From NCBI GenBank assembly GCA_001662655.1, contig KV460274.1: a stretch of DNA of 64,000 nt; one strand, 5' to 3'. This DNA comes from Pseudogymnoascus verrucosus (lineage: Eukaryota). The notes beneath the pieces are model-generated. The model worked only from the letters and a program-made list of their open reading frames with translations. It was not told the origin of the DNA and did not search any database. Below, piece after piece: positions 1 through 13,658 of the stretch (positions are counted from its first letter, which is position 1; each line of letters opens with the position of its first letter). Position numbers and translations under genes: made by a program.

Positions 1-483
1 GGGCGTGCGGTGGGGGTGGGGGGGGGGGGGTAAAAATGGAAAGAATGGGGAGAAGGGGGAGGAAAGAGGGGAGGATCAGAAGGTGGGTGAGTGAGGGAAA
101 GAACGAGGAGGGGAAGGGGCGAACGAAGGGCGAGGAAAGAACAGGGGGAAGGAGCGATGGAAGGAAAAAGGGGAAAACGAAAAAAGAAAGAGCGTAGATG
201 ATAACCCCCGTCCCCAGAAAAGAAAAACAAAAGACATTCCAATGGCCAAAACTCACCAACTTCTACCATCCATATATCTCCAGCTGAGATGGCGATGGTG
301 GTTGATGCAAGCCGAGTCGCGCCAGAAAAGCTATTATCAATCTACGCCGAAGAGACGAGAAAAGTTGTTCCATAACCTGGTCTACAACTATACCGGCGGT
401 GTCAATATGGAACTTAAGTTTCCACATAATTTCAAGCGATAGAGATGAGTGAGTCGGGTGTATGTACGGCATAATCAAAATGT

Positions 484-606
484 CCTTTCTGTCACCGGTG
501 GCTCCTTTTTCTCACTGTCGTGGCATTTTCCTGTCGTCGTTAACTTAACTTACTGTCACCTCCGCATTTCTTGTCGTCACCACCCACCCCGTTTTTTCGT
601 CACTGC
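484..606 (+). repeat. dispersed degenerate GTCACC-array, copy A
   Basis: Motif cores at 491, 511, 533, 555, 576 and 599, most preceded by T-tracts; alignable by eye to 1697-1755 and to the reverse complement of 11085-11178. Confidence 0.65.
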
Positions 607-1292
607 TCTCCCCATAAAGGGACACATTCAGTTCTTTTGAGACAAATCGCAACGCTTCTGTTATCCTGTTATACATGGTCCACTTTGGGGGAGCGGGGAT
701 GTTGCGCATTTCATATGATCGGATGCCGTGGAATATCAACCCAGATCGAAGCTTCATCAGCGACTGAAAAGTACACGTAGGTGCATCGATTGCCCGGCCT
801 CGTGTAGATCTTGCTGCAAAGATCACAGATCTGTAGATGTTAGAGATAGAGTCTTATAGGTTGGAGATGGGGATGGGGCCATACATCCGAGTCTAGAGGT
901 ATAGCGCCTTTATATCCTCTGGAGACGCACACCTCATTGATTCTTCCTCGGTAGCCTCTTTTGGACAGATTCTAGTGGCCTTGGGGAATTCAATGTACCA
1001 ATGGAGAGTTCGGTCCTGCGTGCTTCGTGGTGATGCCTCAATGCAGTCATGCAGTCATTTGCCTCATCCTCGCCACTGCCGTTTAGCTTGCTAATATCAT
1101 TGAACATCCAACTTTGAAGTCCACCAAAGTAGAAGAGAATGACTTGCGATATCTCTCGTAGTCCTTTATATTCTCTACGCCACGTCTCCATCCTAGATCA
1201 CCCCATTTTATAAGATGTGTCTCGTCTTTTGTTATGATGAAACATCTTAGTCTTGACAAATAACCCCCCTTTTCCATCTTAGTAGACACCAT
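545..1292 (-). pseudogene. possible decayed spliced gene remnant
   Basis: Overlapping short minus-strand ORFs in different frames (1083-1292, 934-1191, 545-826) plus an intron-like segment at about 832-884 (GTATGG...CTAAC...CAG). No continuous frame and no recognisable domain. Confidence 0.2.
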
Positions 1293-1687
1293 GTTATAAA
1301 TGTCAAGGATCTAGGGGGAAGGACAAGGGCGATATCAAGGCAATAATTACAAACAAGCACACAGAGTAAATTCACAGAAGAGAGAGGGGGGACGACAAAC
1401 CCCAAGTAATCCACCATACAACCTCAAAACGCCATTAAATTCAAGCCCACCACCCGTTAAACTCCCACCCCCTCGCCTCATCAACCACACACACACCAAC
1501 AAATAGACAAGCCACCCTACTTAAGAGCCAGGTCCGACGAGTAGAATTGATCTGCCACACGTTGACATTGAGACAACGTTGCAGTGGCTAAGTGGCTAAA
1601 GCTCAGCAGTTTACGCCATGGCCATGCATCAACATCCACGACGGCGATGGTGGCTCTCATCAACCTACCTTTCTGAAATCGGGACCC

Positions 1688-1816
1688 CTTTTCCCCGTCA
1701 CCGTTTGCTCCTTTTTTGTCACCACTAGAACATTTCCTGTAGCCGTCAGCTTACAGTGAGGGCTTTTTTTTTCTCGTCACCGCTTCCCCTTTCTCACCAC
1801 CCCCCATCTCACCACC
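1688..1816 (+). repeat. dispersed degenerate GTCACC-array, copy B
   Basis: gtcaccgtttgctccttttttgtcacc...catttcctgtagccgtcagctta aligns with copy A; the 15-mer cccctttctcaccac (1786-1800) recurs exactly at 61091-61105. Confidence 0.65.
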
Positions 1817-4800
1817 GACCACGCCGTACAAGAAAACAGAGCCGCAGTTAACAAGAGAAACAACCCCTCCACGCCACCTCTCCATCCCCTTATCTCCTCC
1901 CCTTCACAAAATTCATGTCAACAGTTACGAGGTCAAACATCCCTGATAGGTCCTTTTCTCATTCAGTATCCCGTGCGTATTGACAACAAAAGCGAACCAC
2001 CCCCAACTCTTATATCCCATCTTATTCCCGGATTAGCCGCCCCAGCCGCGTCGCGGCGTCCCGAAGCGGTTCGCCGCTGTGCTCGCATGCTATGATGATA
2101 TATTGGCTATGGGGAAAAGGGGTAAAAGGGTTATGGGGTTATGGGTTCATTTTTGGCATACCGCGGTGTCCTGAAGTAGTCGCCGTGGTGGAATAGCTGA
2201 TGGAGATGAAGGGGTTGGGCAGAGCTGTCGGATACATGGATATCACAGCCAACACGGAGAGTGAGTGAGACCGAGGTAAGTTAGAATGAGAAGATGACCG
2301 AGAAAAAAAAACGACCCAACCTAGCTAGCCTCTCTGTAATGCTTGCAGCAAAAAAAAAACACAATAATCCCACTATCCCAAGGGATATCACACGCCGAGC
2401 ATACCGAACCTACCGAGCCCACCTCCCAGACCTACCTTCCCTCCGCGATTCTATTGCTACAGCAAAACTCGGTTGGAAAACAATGACGCATACACCCAAA
2501 ACCACCAAAACCAAAACCACCAACACCGACCGACAGACCGACCCACCACATAACCCGCAGCCCGGACTATCATCACCCCATCCCACCCCCCCACAACCCC
2601 CTGCATCCACGCCGCTTCGCGCGCTTGACCCGCTCCCTACGCGCCGGTATCGGGACAGCTATACCGAGTCGAGTGATCCGGCACGTGAAGTCCGTTCTTT
2701 TTCATCTTCCCGTACTGCCGTATGTACGGGTGTTATTCGGGGTGGGGTTTGATGTTGGTTAGCTAGTATTTCATCCGTAGTGGGTAGACGGGGCTGGGTT
2801 TGATGTATTCATCCGAAGTGGGTTGGGGAAAGATGGGGGGAGAGGGAACGTGGTATGCGGCTCGGATTGCTGATTAATCCCCCCCCGAATTGCAGGATTA
2901 GAAAGCGAGGGAGGATGGGGAGTGGAAATAAGCCTCGGATTGGAAATATCAAGCATCTTCCCCCCAAGACTGAAGTACTGAAGTGATAGTCGCGCGCGAT
3001 GGGTATGGCAAGGGTGATGGCGTCAGGGCGGGACGTGCGACGTACGTGAGATTCGAGCACGGGGATGGGCAGGGCAGGAGGGTTGGTAAGCTGGACGCGC
3101 CCTGTGTACGCCCTGTGGGATACAGTTTGTGGTGCGGTGTGTATTGTGTATTGGTTGTAGGCGGGGGGCATGTGGCAGGTTGGGGGGTTGGGTTGGGATG
3201 ATGGATGGGTGATGGATGGGGGTGATGGATGGGTTGGGATGGGATGATGGATGGGGCTCTGTCTGTATGGGGTAGCTACTACTGCTGCTGGTGATGCTGC
3301 TGCCTTGGGATTGTGGCTTGTGACTCTATTATTCTATGGGTGCCCTTGTTCTATTGTTAGAAGGGAAGAGACTGCGTGCATGACTCCTCGTGCGCCATCT
3401 TGACATCCTCACCGGCCGGTGTGTTTTTGATGCGTGCTTACATACCAAGAAATTCGTACTCGCATCCATTCGCATCGTCTCGCGTACAGTACCACTTCAT
3501 CGGAGATCTCGGCCCTGCCCTAACGACTTCCTGAGTCACCGAGGCTTCAGATCTGGATCTAGAACTGGGTATGCTTACTATTACTAGAACCAGAACTCTG
3601 CACACCTTACCAGAACTGCACACCACACCACTCTATCCCCTCAACTAGACTGCCGAAGACACACCGGGCTGGGACCACCACCCACCACCACCACCTACCA
3701 CATAACCACGCAGAACAGGGGTGCGGCCATGAGGTCGGCGAGCACAGGGGGGATCGGCGGAAAGCTTATTTTTTGTGTTAGGTTAGTGGGGGGGTTGGGG
3801 TGTGTGTGGTAGGTGTGGTAGGTGTGTGATGGGGCGTGGTGGGTGGGTGTGTGTTGGGGTGGTGGTAGGTGCAACGTACGTCTGAGGATTGACATGGGCG
3901 TACGCGTTTTTTTGAATTTTCTCCGTGGGTGGTGGTGTGTGGTGTGGGTTGGGGGATGGGTGTAGGGAAGGGGAAGGGGAAGAAGGGGAAGGGGACGGAG
4001 AGATACGGGGAGGGATGATAAGGGGTGATGGCGTGATGAAGAAATGGCACGTGAATGGCAGCTGACTTGACTGCTAGCGAAGGGGAAAGAGCTGTCAGAG
4101 ATGAGGCTGTGTGAAGGAAGTAGCTGGTGAAGCGAAGGTAGCTGTCAAAAGGGATGTATGTACTCCAAGCTGTCAAATAAAAGCAAGGACGACGCCTCGT
4201 TTCGTATATCGTATGTACGTATACAGTAGGAGCGTATAGGAGCGTATAGCAGCGTACCAAACTCTACTTGTCGTAGATATGATGTACAGTACAAACGGCA
4301 CAAACCACAAAAACGCCAATCACCAATGCCCATGGCTGACCATGGCTGATATCAACTAATCCCCATCACTAATCGAGTGCCCGCCAGGAGTCAATGCCGG
4401 TACCGCACGGGTCATCAATCACCCATCGGCGAGACAGCGACAGGCCATCGACAGGGCCTTCCGCACCAACATCCACCCTCCCCATCAATCCCATCAGTCC
4501 CCCATTCACCCACTAATACAAACCCCATCCTACCATTAATCCACCCGTCCAGTACAATCCCCATTACATCCTCATTACACCCCCATCACACATCACAGCC
4601 CCATTACCACGCCAATCCCATCTCCACCACTCCCCATTCCCATCTATCCCGTCCCTTTTCCTCTAGTATTCTAGGCTGACGACACTCGCTCTATGCCATC
4701 CCATTCCAGCTTCATGGTCTGACTCACCTACTACTTTATTACTGTATTGTTGTATTACTGTATTACTGTATTGACTTCATTACATTACTCTATTTCTGCA

Positions 4801-5034
4801 TACTGTACCATACAACCACTACTGTACCATACAGCCACTAACACTCACACCTCACACTTCACACCTTATATCCCAGGCCCCCATCACCAAAACCCTTCCC
4901 CATTCCCAGGCACCAGCCCTTCATACCTGTCATCTTCATACCCTTCCTTCCTACCCTTCCCACCCTTCACAATCCAGCTTACTAATCTTCCCACCCCTTC
5001 CACCTCTTTCACTCCTTCCCTTCCCTCCTCCTCC

Positions 5035-5130
5035 CCACTAAAACTCTCTCCACTAAACCACTAAACTCCCCTAAACTCCACCACACTCCACTAAACTCCA
5101 CTAAACTCCACTAAACTCCACTAAACCCCA
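5035..5130 (+). repeat. decamer tandem repeat (CTAAACTCCA)n
   Basis: Three perfect copies at 5091-5120 plus several degenerate flanking copies. Confidence 0.85.
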
Positions 5131-6726
5131 ACTAACGTCCTTCCCATCCTAGACCACCACCCGGTACCGGTGCTTCAATTCCCTCCTAAACACTCCTAAT
5201 CCCTCCTAATCCCTTCCCAAACTCCACTCACCTCCAGCCCTTTCTGACAGCTTGATGCTTGGATGCTTGGCTTGCTGTAGCTGCTTGGTACGAGGCTTCC
5301 CCTTCGTCTCTTTCGTCCCCAACTTACCTCCGATATCCATATGTACCATACTATTGAATAGTTAACTCGGCTCCATCGCCACCTGGCCCGTGTTCCATCT
5401 CTGGGCGCATTCTATGCTGTACATATTATACATATTTACACAGTACAATACATACTGTATTCTACATACTGTCTGGGCAGTCCGTACACGCTGCCCACAC
5501 GTTGTTATCCCGCAACCCACCTACCTACCTACCACCGGCCCATCCGTCCTTCCCTGTTCAGCGAACCACCCATTCCGGCCGATCTGTGCCAATGGGGAAC
5601 GAACGGCGCGTGTTAGCCGGAAATACCATTTCTGTGATTGGGGCCGCACCCATGCAGGGTTTAGGCCGTAGGGGACTTAGGGAAGGTGCTTGGTCGTTTT
5701 TGTCATCCGTGCCTTCCCCATCCATCATCCCTCAAGGTGTAGTGCGTGTGTGCCTTTCCCTAGACGCGACTACCATATCCTTGAGGGGGAGGTGGACGGA
5801 GATGATGGCTGATGGGGTGGAGGTGGAGGAGGGGGGGGTGGTGGAAGGGGGAGGGGGGGGGGGTCGAGGGGGTCGGTCCAAGGAGGGAAGGGGCAGAAGG
5901 GGTGGGGGAGGTGGTTTATAAAGAGAGTATCTTGTCCCCACTCCACTTGTGACTGCGTTTTGACGTTTCCTTCTTCCTACTACGTCTCTCCCTCTTCTAT
6001 TTTATCGATCCAGCCGTGCATTTGTCGCGGTTAACCACACTATGGAGTGAACTGTTTCGGCAATTCTCCACTTCTTCGCTTTTAGCAAGCAGACACCCTC
6101 GTAACGCCGGGAAAAAAAGGGTTTGCGTTGGATCGGACTGGGACTGGACTCGACGGGGATTGAGGAGAACGACCTGGTTAGCTCTGACGCCGGACGGAGA
6201 GAAGGAAGTGGGAACGGCAAAGAGAGTTGTTGCTGGTCTGAGTCAGAAGAGTGTTATTGACGACGACTGTGACTGACGACGGAGAGTGACGGGGTTGATC
6301 CTGTCTTTATATGAACGCGCCCCGGCGACCACACACGACGACGACAACGACCGATTAACTTGCCTCGGCCCTTATCTTCTCCTCATCTCTGGGTCGATTC
6401 TCAATACATACATCTTGATAAACATACGATAGATTTCAATTGATTCGATTCTCTTTCATCGTCGCAAAAGGAAACCAGATCCTTATCTGCGCCGCCCACT
6501 CAACTGCATATACACACTATCTTCATTGAGTCAACTACATATTCACGAAAGCAAAACAGCATCGAGTCGATCATACACACACGAAACAATCTATTCCATA
6601 CATTGAGCCAGCCTCACATACCTCGACAAACATACACACCCAAATATCGGCATTGAGTCATCACTATATTCTCCGAAGAATACACGACATACTCCCACAC
6701 GCCTACCCTCCATCCCACCACCCACC

Positions 6727-8104
6727 ATGCCGCTCCCATACTTCTTCCGCTCCTCCTCCCCACACTACTCCCCCTCCATCGACACCTCCGGCGAAACCGA
6801 CACGATCGCAGATACCATCGCCAGCTCCTCAACTCACCTCACGGTCCCCTCGTCACGCGCCTCCGTCTCCTCGTCCACCAGCAACTTTGACCACTCATCC
6901 TGCCCATCGCCATACCGCATCGACACACTCATCTCCCAGCCCATCCTCGAGAGGCATTACGAAAACATAACCACCCTCTCCATCAACATCGAGTCGCCCC
7001 CGCTCGTCTTCTATGGCGGCGCATCGACAAGTACAGGTGCCCTGCTGTCCGGTCAGCTGAAGCTCGATGTCGGAGACGATGAGATGGAGATCCAAGGCTT
7101 CGCCATGCGTCTCGCAGTCGACGTCAACATGAAGAAACCCTACAACGCCACCTGCCCCGATTGCGCAACCAAGTCCTCCGACCTCACATCATGGAACTTC
7201 CTCCCCGACACCACCATCCTCGGAAAGGGTAAGCCCTTTCCCATCCCTCCCTACCACAACCCCAACTAACACCAACCCAGGCGAACACCTATTCCCCTTC
7301 TCCTTCCTCCTCCCAGGCCAATACCAAGTCTGCACCCACAGTTCCCTCTCCTCCGTAACCTACACCCTCCGCGCCCTCCTCACACCCACCAACACCGCGC
7401 CCCTCCACCTCTCCCACCCCCTCTCCGTCCGCCGCGCTATCCGTCCCCCACTCTACCCGCGCCACTACATCCGCGACTTCCCTCCAACCAGCATCTCCGC
7501 ACACCTCGCTCTCCCGCCGCTGATCCACCCCACAGGCTCCTTCAACGGCGCCTTAAAACTCAGCGGTATGAACAACATCGTCCTCAAGCGCGTTAACTGG
7601 CGCCTCGACGAAACCCAAACCGTCTTCGCGCCCTCGTGCCGCCGACACACACCGCGCGCCGGCTACCTAAAAGGCGTCGTCCGCTCCTCCTTCTGCACCC
7701 TCGGCTCCGCAGAACTAACAAGCGGCTGGGCCACCCCGACCTCCTCCACCACAACCCTCGACTTCACCTTCGGCATCGCACCCAATAACACGGCGCTATG
7801 CGACGTCAAGACCGAAGACGGGACCGAGACCGCGCACGCCCTCGTCGTGGAGCTGCTGGTCGAGAGTAAAGCAGGCACGCGCCTGCTGAGGATGCGCTTC
7901 TACCCTGTTGTGACGGAGCGGGAGGAAGGGGGGGTGGCGTGGGACGAGGAGGCGCCGCCGGTGTATGGGGAGGCCGGGAAGCCGCCGCCGGGGTATATGT
8001 ATGTTGCTGGCCGCGGGGAGGTGCCGAGGTATGAGGAGGTTGTTGGGGGGAGGGGGAGGGGAGCGGGGGCGGGTATTATGGAGGGTGTTGCGCTGCATGG
8101 TTAG
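6727..8104 (+). CDS. LDB19/ART1-like arrestin-related ubiquitin-ligase adaptor
   Basis: Exons 6727-7228 and 7281-8104; intron GTAAGC..ACTAAC..CAG joins in frame. Motifs IESPPLVFYG..GALLSGQL, HLFPFSFLLPG and VNWRLDE, plus C-terminal PY-type motifs PPVY and PPGY. Confidence 0.75.
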
Positions 8105-9013
8105 ACGGGGTGGGGTTGTTATTATGGGTTGTGAAGACTTCGTGAAGGCACCTGGAAGACTACGGGTAGAGGGAGGGATTGTAAATTTCATTTCTGGGAT
8201 GGGGGCCTTTGCGCCGCCCATCTTTCATGGACATATATCATATTTGACAGGCGTCGGATGGGCAAAATACCAGGCGTTGAATTTGGGAGGGGGTCTTTCA
8301 TTTGTTTGTTTTAATTAACATTGGGCTAGGCTAGGGAGGTAGGGAGGGGCATCGGCATCGATCATGATGGGGGAGGGAGGGCATAGAATGGGGGTAGGAG
8401 GGTAGGGGGTGTTTTTTTATGTTATGTGTTCTATTTTTTTTTTGTTTTCTCGACAGTTTTCCAGGTGTTACTGTACATATTATTAGCCTGGGCTATATAT
8501 TTATACAAAGGAAATCATATCGTATAATCTGATATGGTATGAAGGATTTTTCTCATAGTTTGACTTCGGTGTTTTGAAATCCGGAGTTCTAGAACGCGGC
8601 TAGACCCTTATGAGTGTGTCACACAACACCACCACACACACAAATCCTTTACGCCCTGCGGGTAGCTCCCGCCATTGGGTCCGTTCGCTGAGGTCGGGGC
8701 ACCCCACTCCGGACTTTCTGCAGGTCTTGCTGCGATTTTGGGGTTTTGATGGTGTTTAAGTGCTTGGAGCTCTTGTGTCATAGGTAGGATGGGTAGGATT
8801 TTATTACAAAGAATTGGGTTTGCTTTGCTTTGAAATGCGATGCTTACCTATTTTTGGGTGGATTTGGGGGGACGCCCGGAGGGGGGAAGGGGGGGTATGA
8901 GGTCTTGATATAAGACTATGCTGATGAGCTGGTTGTTTCTTAAATTTGTGATACTCACGCAATACCGTTCACGTTTTTATCACTTTCCTGCTGCTGCTTC
9001 GAATATCAGGAAA

Positions 9014-10644
9014 ATGCCCACCATAGAACGCATCTCAGCCACCTGGCAAACCATCAAGTCTCCCCCCCGCTACCTCGTCGCCTGCGGCATCGTAGCAATG
9101 GTAGGACTCCTCAATGGGTATGCCACCCTTCCCCCCACAGTCCATTACCAAATATCTCATTAACACAAACCCCCAGCCTCGACACCGGTACAATCGGCCC
9201 CGTAACAGCAATGTCCTCCTTCGCCGCAACGTTTGGGGCATTATCATCTACCATGCACGGTCTCGTCGTCTCTTCAGTCCTCCTAACCACAACCCTCGCT
9301 TCCCTCTTCGGCGGCGCAATCTCCGACCGCATCGGTCGTCCCAGGACCATCGTTATCGGCGCGTGCCTCTTCGCTATCGGCGCTGCGATCGAAGCTAGTT
9401 CCGTGACGCTGGCTATGTTTATAGCAGGGCGCTGTATAGCGGGCTTGGGACAGGGCACGAATTTCAGTACGTTGGTTGTGTATATCTGCGAGATCAGCCC
9501 GCCGAGTAAACGCGGCCCGCTGGCGTCGTCGGTGCAGTTACTCATATGTATGGGGATTATGGTGGGGTATTTCATCTGCTACGGTACTGTTAATATCGCC
9601 TCTTCCCTCTCGTGGAGGCTGCCGTTGGCGTTGCAGGCTGCTATTGCTACTATAGGGGCGGCGGCAAGTGCGGTGTGGTTGCCGCATTCGCCGAGGTGGT
9701 TGGCGCATAAGGGGCGCAGGGAGGAAGCGAGTAGGGTGTGGGATCTTCTCGGGGTGTCGGCGGCGGAGAGGGAGAAGGATTTATTAGAGAATCCGGAGGC
9801 GATGGTTGCGGAGTCGAATGAACTTGCTGAGTTACCCGCTGTGCACACCACAGCGCTCGATACGGGGTTCCTCGCCCGCCTGCGCCGGAATGGCGAGAAG
9901 AGCACTTCGGTATTCGGGAGGGAGGGACGGAGACAGATGGTCTTGGGGGTGTTTATGATGGCTATGCAGCAGCTTAGTGGGATCGATGGGGTGCTTTACT
10001 ACGCCCCCCTCCTCTTCCGACAAGCGGGGATTTCGTCAGCGGAGGCGAGTTTCTTAGCTTCGGGGGTGTCAGCGATTCTCATCTTCGTGTCGACGATTCC
10101 GGCGATTCTGTTATCCGATATCTGGGGCAGGCGCGCGTCGACGCTGTGGGGGGGTGTGGTGATCTGTGCGTCTATGGCGTTGATTGGGAGTTTATACGCT
10201 AGTGATTCTGTGCATGCTACGTCTGGTGCAGGCCGCTGGGTAGTCATCGTAACGATCTACATCTTCGTCCTAGCATACTGCATGTCCTGGGCTGTGGGAT
10301 TCAAGATCTTCGCCTGCGAAATCCAACCCATAGCCAGTCGCGCGACGGCCACTAGTCTCGGGCAGGCGGCGAATAGTATTACGAATTTTGGGGTTGCGTT
10401 TGTGACGCCGGTGCTGTTGGCGAGGTCGAGTTCAGCGGTTTATTTTTTGTTTGGGGGCGCGAGTACACTGACGCTTGTGGTGTGTGTGCTTTTTATGCCA
10501 GAGACGAAGGGGAGGAGTTTGGAGGGGATTGGGGAGGCGTTTCGGGTGCATAGGGTGGGGGGAGGGGGGGTGGAGAAGGTTGTGAAGAGGGTTAAGAGGT
10601 GGGTTGGGTTTGGGGGGGTTGTGAGGGCGGGGAGGTGGGAGTAA
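9014..10644 (+). CDS. MFS sugar porter family transporter
   Basis: Exons 9014-9117 and 9177-10644 (GLLNG|LDTGTIG). Motifs SDRIGR, YICEISP..RG, QQLSGIDGVLYY, DIWGRR and PETKGRSLE. Confidence 0.92.
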
Positions 10645-11084
10645 GGGGGGAAGGGGGGGTGGGGGGGTATGTCAGTCAGAGATGTCGAGAAAATTATGGT
10701 GATTATGACGGGTAGTTCATTTCTTTGTAGCTAATGATGAAGGAAAAGGTTGGCGTCGGGTGTGTCCCCCCGTTAAACCTATTTTCGTGCATCTGCTTCC
10801 GGCTGTGAAATCTTGATATCAGCGGAGTTTATAGGAGAGATTTGAACGGCGGAAAAGCGCTAGGAATTGTTAGGAACAGTTTATCACGGATACGGGGGAA
10901 GGGGGGTTGTTATATATATTCTCCTGATTCTATGATGTGGGCTTAATCAGATATATGCAACCATTCAGTAGACTTTGATGGCCCTGTGAATGGGACCAGT
11001 GGAAACTGACTGGCCATATGTTGCGATGCGATGTCAGGGTGAATGGCCACGATGAAGCAGGACAGACGAACGGCATCAGTAGCG

Positions 11085-11178
11085 GGAAAACAAGGCGACG
11101 ACAAGAAAAATGCGGCAACAGTGAGTGACTCTCTCGGTGACAGAAAACGCGACGGTGGCGAGAAAAAGGGGTAACCGG
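11085..11178 (-). repeat. dispersed degenerate GTCACC-array, copy C
   Basis: Reverse complement ccggttaccccttttt-ctcgccaccgtcgcgttttctgtcacc...actgttgccgcatttttcttgtcgtcgcc aligns over about 90 nt with copy A. Confidence 0.65.
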
Positions 11179-11634
11179 GAATATAACTTCCTCGCCGCTC
11201 CCCTATCCGTACTTGGTCGTTCGCCAGCGCATTTGCATGTGCTGGGTCAACCGAAGGATATGTGCGCCTTAACACACAGTCGTGCGTACGCCTGGTTTGG
11301 AAACAGAGAGATGGCAGCGCTGAGGAGGAAACTGACTGGCGATGAGGGAAAATAAAGATGATGACCATGCCTTCCTCTCGTCTCAGCTGCCTCATTTTCG
11401 GTTAGGCGCTGTTCAACCGGAATGGGCTTTTGGAGTCAATGGAATAGAATGATTTTTGCTCTTGTTAGCCGATTCGGAAATGCGATTCCATCTAGCTTGA
11501 ATGCTACCTACTAATACCCCGTAGAAGAGTATTTAAATTCCCTGTCCTTCATAAAGTTAACTCCCAAATTAATGCCTCCCCCTTTATCCCGGCTTTATTT
11601 CCCAAATTTTTACCCATTTCCCAAAACCAATTCC

Positions 11635-13658
11635 TTACGCCCATTTCCCAAGCACCCCCATTAACACCAGTCCACACACCAAACTCACACCGGCAACCAC
11701 CGTCCTCACAAGCGGCGCATCCTTCAACTCGCCAAACAACCAATCGTGCGCCCACATACTGACCAAACCAACCCAGATCAAAATCCCGGCAGACAGCGCA
11801 TCAAGCGTCCCCAAGGCAATAATCGTAGACGGGTTATTCCCATTGAATTTATGCAAAACGCCGATTCCAATAGCCATGCCAATGGGTGTAATGACGGCGA
11901 AGGTGAGAGGCATAGCCCAGTTCTTCGTCTTGCGCCAGGCTGAGACGGTGTTCTCGCCATCTGAGGGGGTGGGGTCGAGTGCAGCGATTCGGGCACCGAG
12001 AGCGAGACCTTCGAACATTTGGTGGAAGAGGATGACGATGAATAAGGTAATAAACACCGAGTCCCCCGCGACAATCAAGGTAATCCCCAACAAGATCGAG
12101 TGGAAAATAATACCCGCCTCCAGAACCAGCACCGTCATCGTATCATTCGGGTTCACCTCCGAGCAAGGCTCGGTATTGTAATGGTGGCTCAGTGCCGCGA
12201 GGCCGGGGGAGTCAGAGTCGCTGTGCGAGGGGTGCCCTTTTATAATCTCACCTGCTTGAGCAGCGCCGGCCTCTTCTTTGGGGGTGGAAGCGGAGAGGGC
12301 TTGGGAGGTGATGGTACGGCGACGCCAGCTGGCGAGGCGGTGGCCGAGGTATTCGATTAGGAAGGCTATGAAGGCGCCGGCCATGGCGATGGCGGTTGTG
12401 GTGGCTTCGTATTTTAGTTTGCCTAGGCATCTGGGGGGTGTTAGTTTGGACAGGGTCGGGGGAGGGAGGCACGGGGGCTTACTCGTTGGCGAACATGAGT
12501 TCGGCATGTGTTAGGAGCTGGGGGGTGTTAGATTTTGGGTGTGTTAGAAGGTGGGGTGAGACGTACGTGGACGAAACCTGTGGCGATGATGACACCGGTG
12601 CCGAATTGTTTGATGATGGTGAAGACGATGCCGGAACCGTTCATCTTGAGCATCTTCTTCATGATTAGGGGTGCGTACACAGCTGTTTATTGTTAGTATT
12701 TCTCTTCGCCCCAACCACGAGTTTGGATTCTTACCAAGTGCGCTTGCAAACAACATCGGGAAGATGAGTCCGATACGAAGTTTGATGTTGTAGTCCCTAT
12801 CTTTCCTCTCGCAGGTAGCCTCTGCTGACCCTCCTACACAATGTCTGTGGGTTATGTATTAGTGAAGGCTCCTCAGGGTGGTTCAAGCAGCTTGACTTAC
12901 TCTACACCAGCATGGAAGTGACAACTTTCTCCAGATGCCCCTGCGGCGGATTCTCCCGCATGTTCGTCTGTGTGCTCTCCTTCAGCTCCAGCAGCTACCA
13001 CCTCCACCTCGGCTCCGTCGGGGGCGATGCAGAACCTTTAATGTATTAGCTTCTGTTCGTTGAGGGTGGTGATAGGATTATGTCTTCAATGGATCATTGG
13101 ATAGGAGGCTCGATAAGATAATAAACATTAACAATAGTAACTTACATCTCTGCGCCGTGCGAATGACATCCATTGTATGCTGTCGGTAAAGGAGTGTTTC
13201 CAGTCTGGGTAGCCATCACCTGGACTTCTTCTCCATTGCCCTTGATACAAAATCTGTCTACCGTCAGTATTGTCCTCTTGAAGACAGGATAGGAGATGTC
13301 ACTTACTGTGTTGTCTCATGACTATGGCAGCCTGTGATAGCAGTTGTCTGCGCAGCAGCTGTCGTCGTCGCAGCCACAGAGGTCGGCGCAGTAGGAGACG
13401 CGCTAACTAAAGAGCTCGTCGGACGGCCGATTTCAGTCTCCTCGCCGTTGGGGAGAAAACAATGTCTAGAGGTTGATGTTAGCCCTTACTACATTTGCAA
13501 AGACAGGCTTGGCAATAGAGCAACCGAAGAAGAGGGGGAGGGAAGGCTTACTCAACACCATCGTGCAAGTGACAGCCGGTCAGAGTGACCTGAGCAATGG
13601 CTGGCAGGGCCAAGCATTGAAGGACCACCGCAGCGATCGTCAGGGGTTTCGAAAACAT
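11635..13658 (-). CDS. zrfC: ZIP-family zinc transporter with long His/Cys-rich N-terminus (ZrfC/Zrt1-type)
   Basis: Multi-exon; starts MFSKPLTIAAVVLQ (signal-peptide-like). Four CHxH motifs (CHLH, CHSH, CHSH, CHFH), then a ZIP core with LEAGIIFHSILLG and FHQMFEGLALG, ending LGKWA. Confidence 0.9.

Noticed and set aside
5035..5130. CTAAACTCCA repeat as telomere or CRISPR-like array
   Set aside because: Not TTAGGG-type and has no unique spacers; a simple minisatellite.
2294..6276. Many 60-160 aa ORFs in the left intergenic region
   Set aside because: They translate low-complexity C- or G-rich tracts, with no domain motifs or consistent splice structure.
10641..10776. Possible extra 3' intron in the MFS gene (GTAAG overlapping the stop; AAG at 10748; adds LASGVSPR)
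   Set aside because: Signals are plausible, but the protein is already complete; not supportable without transcripts.
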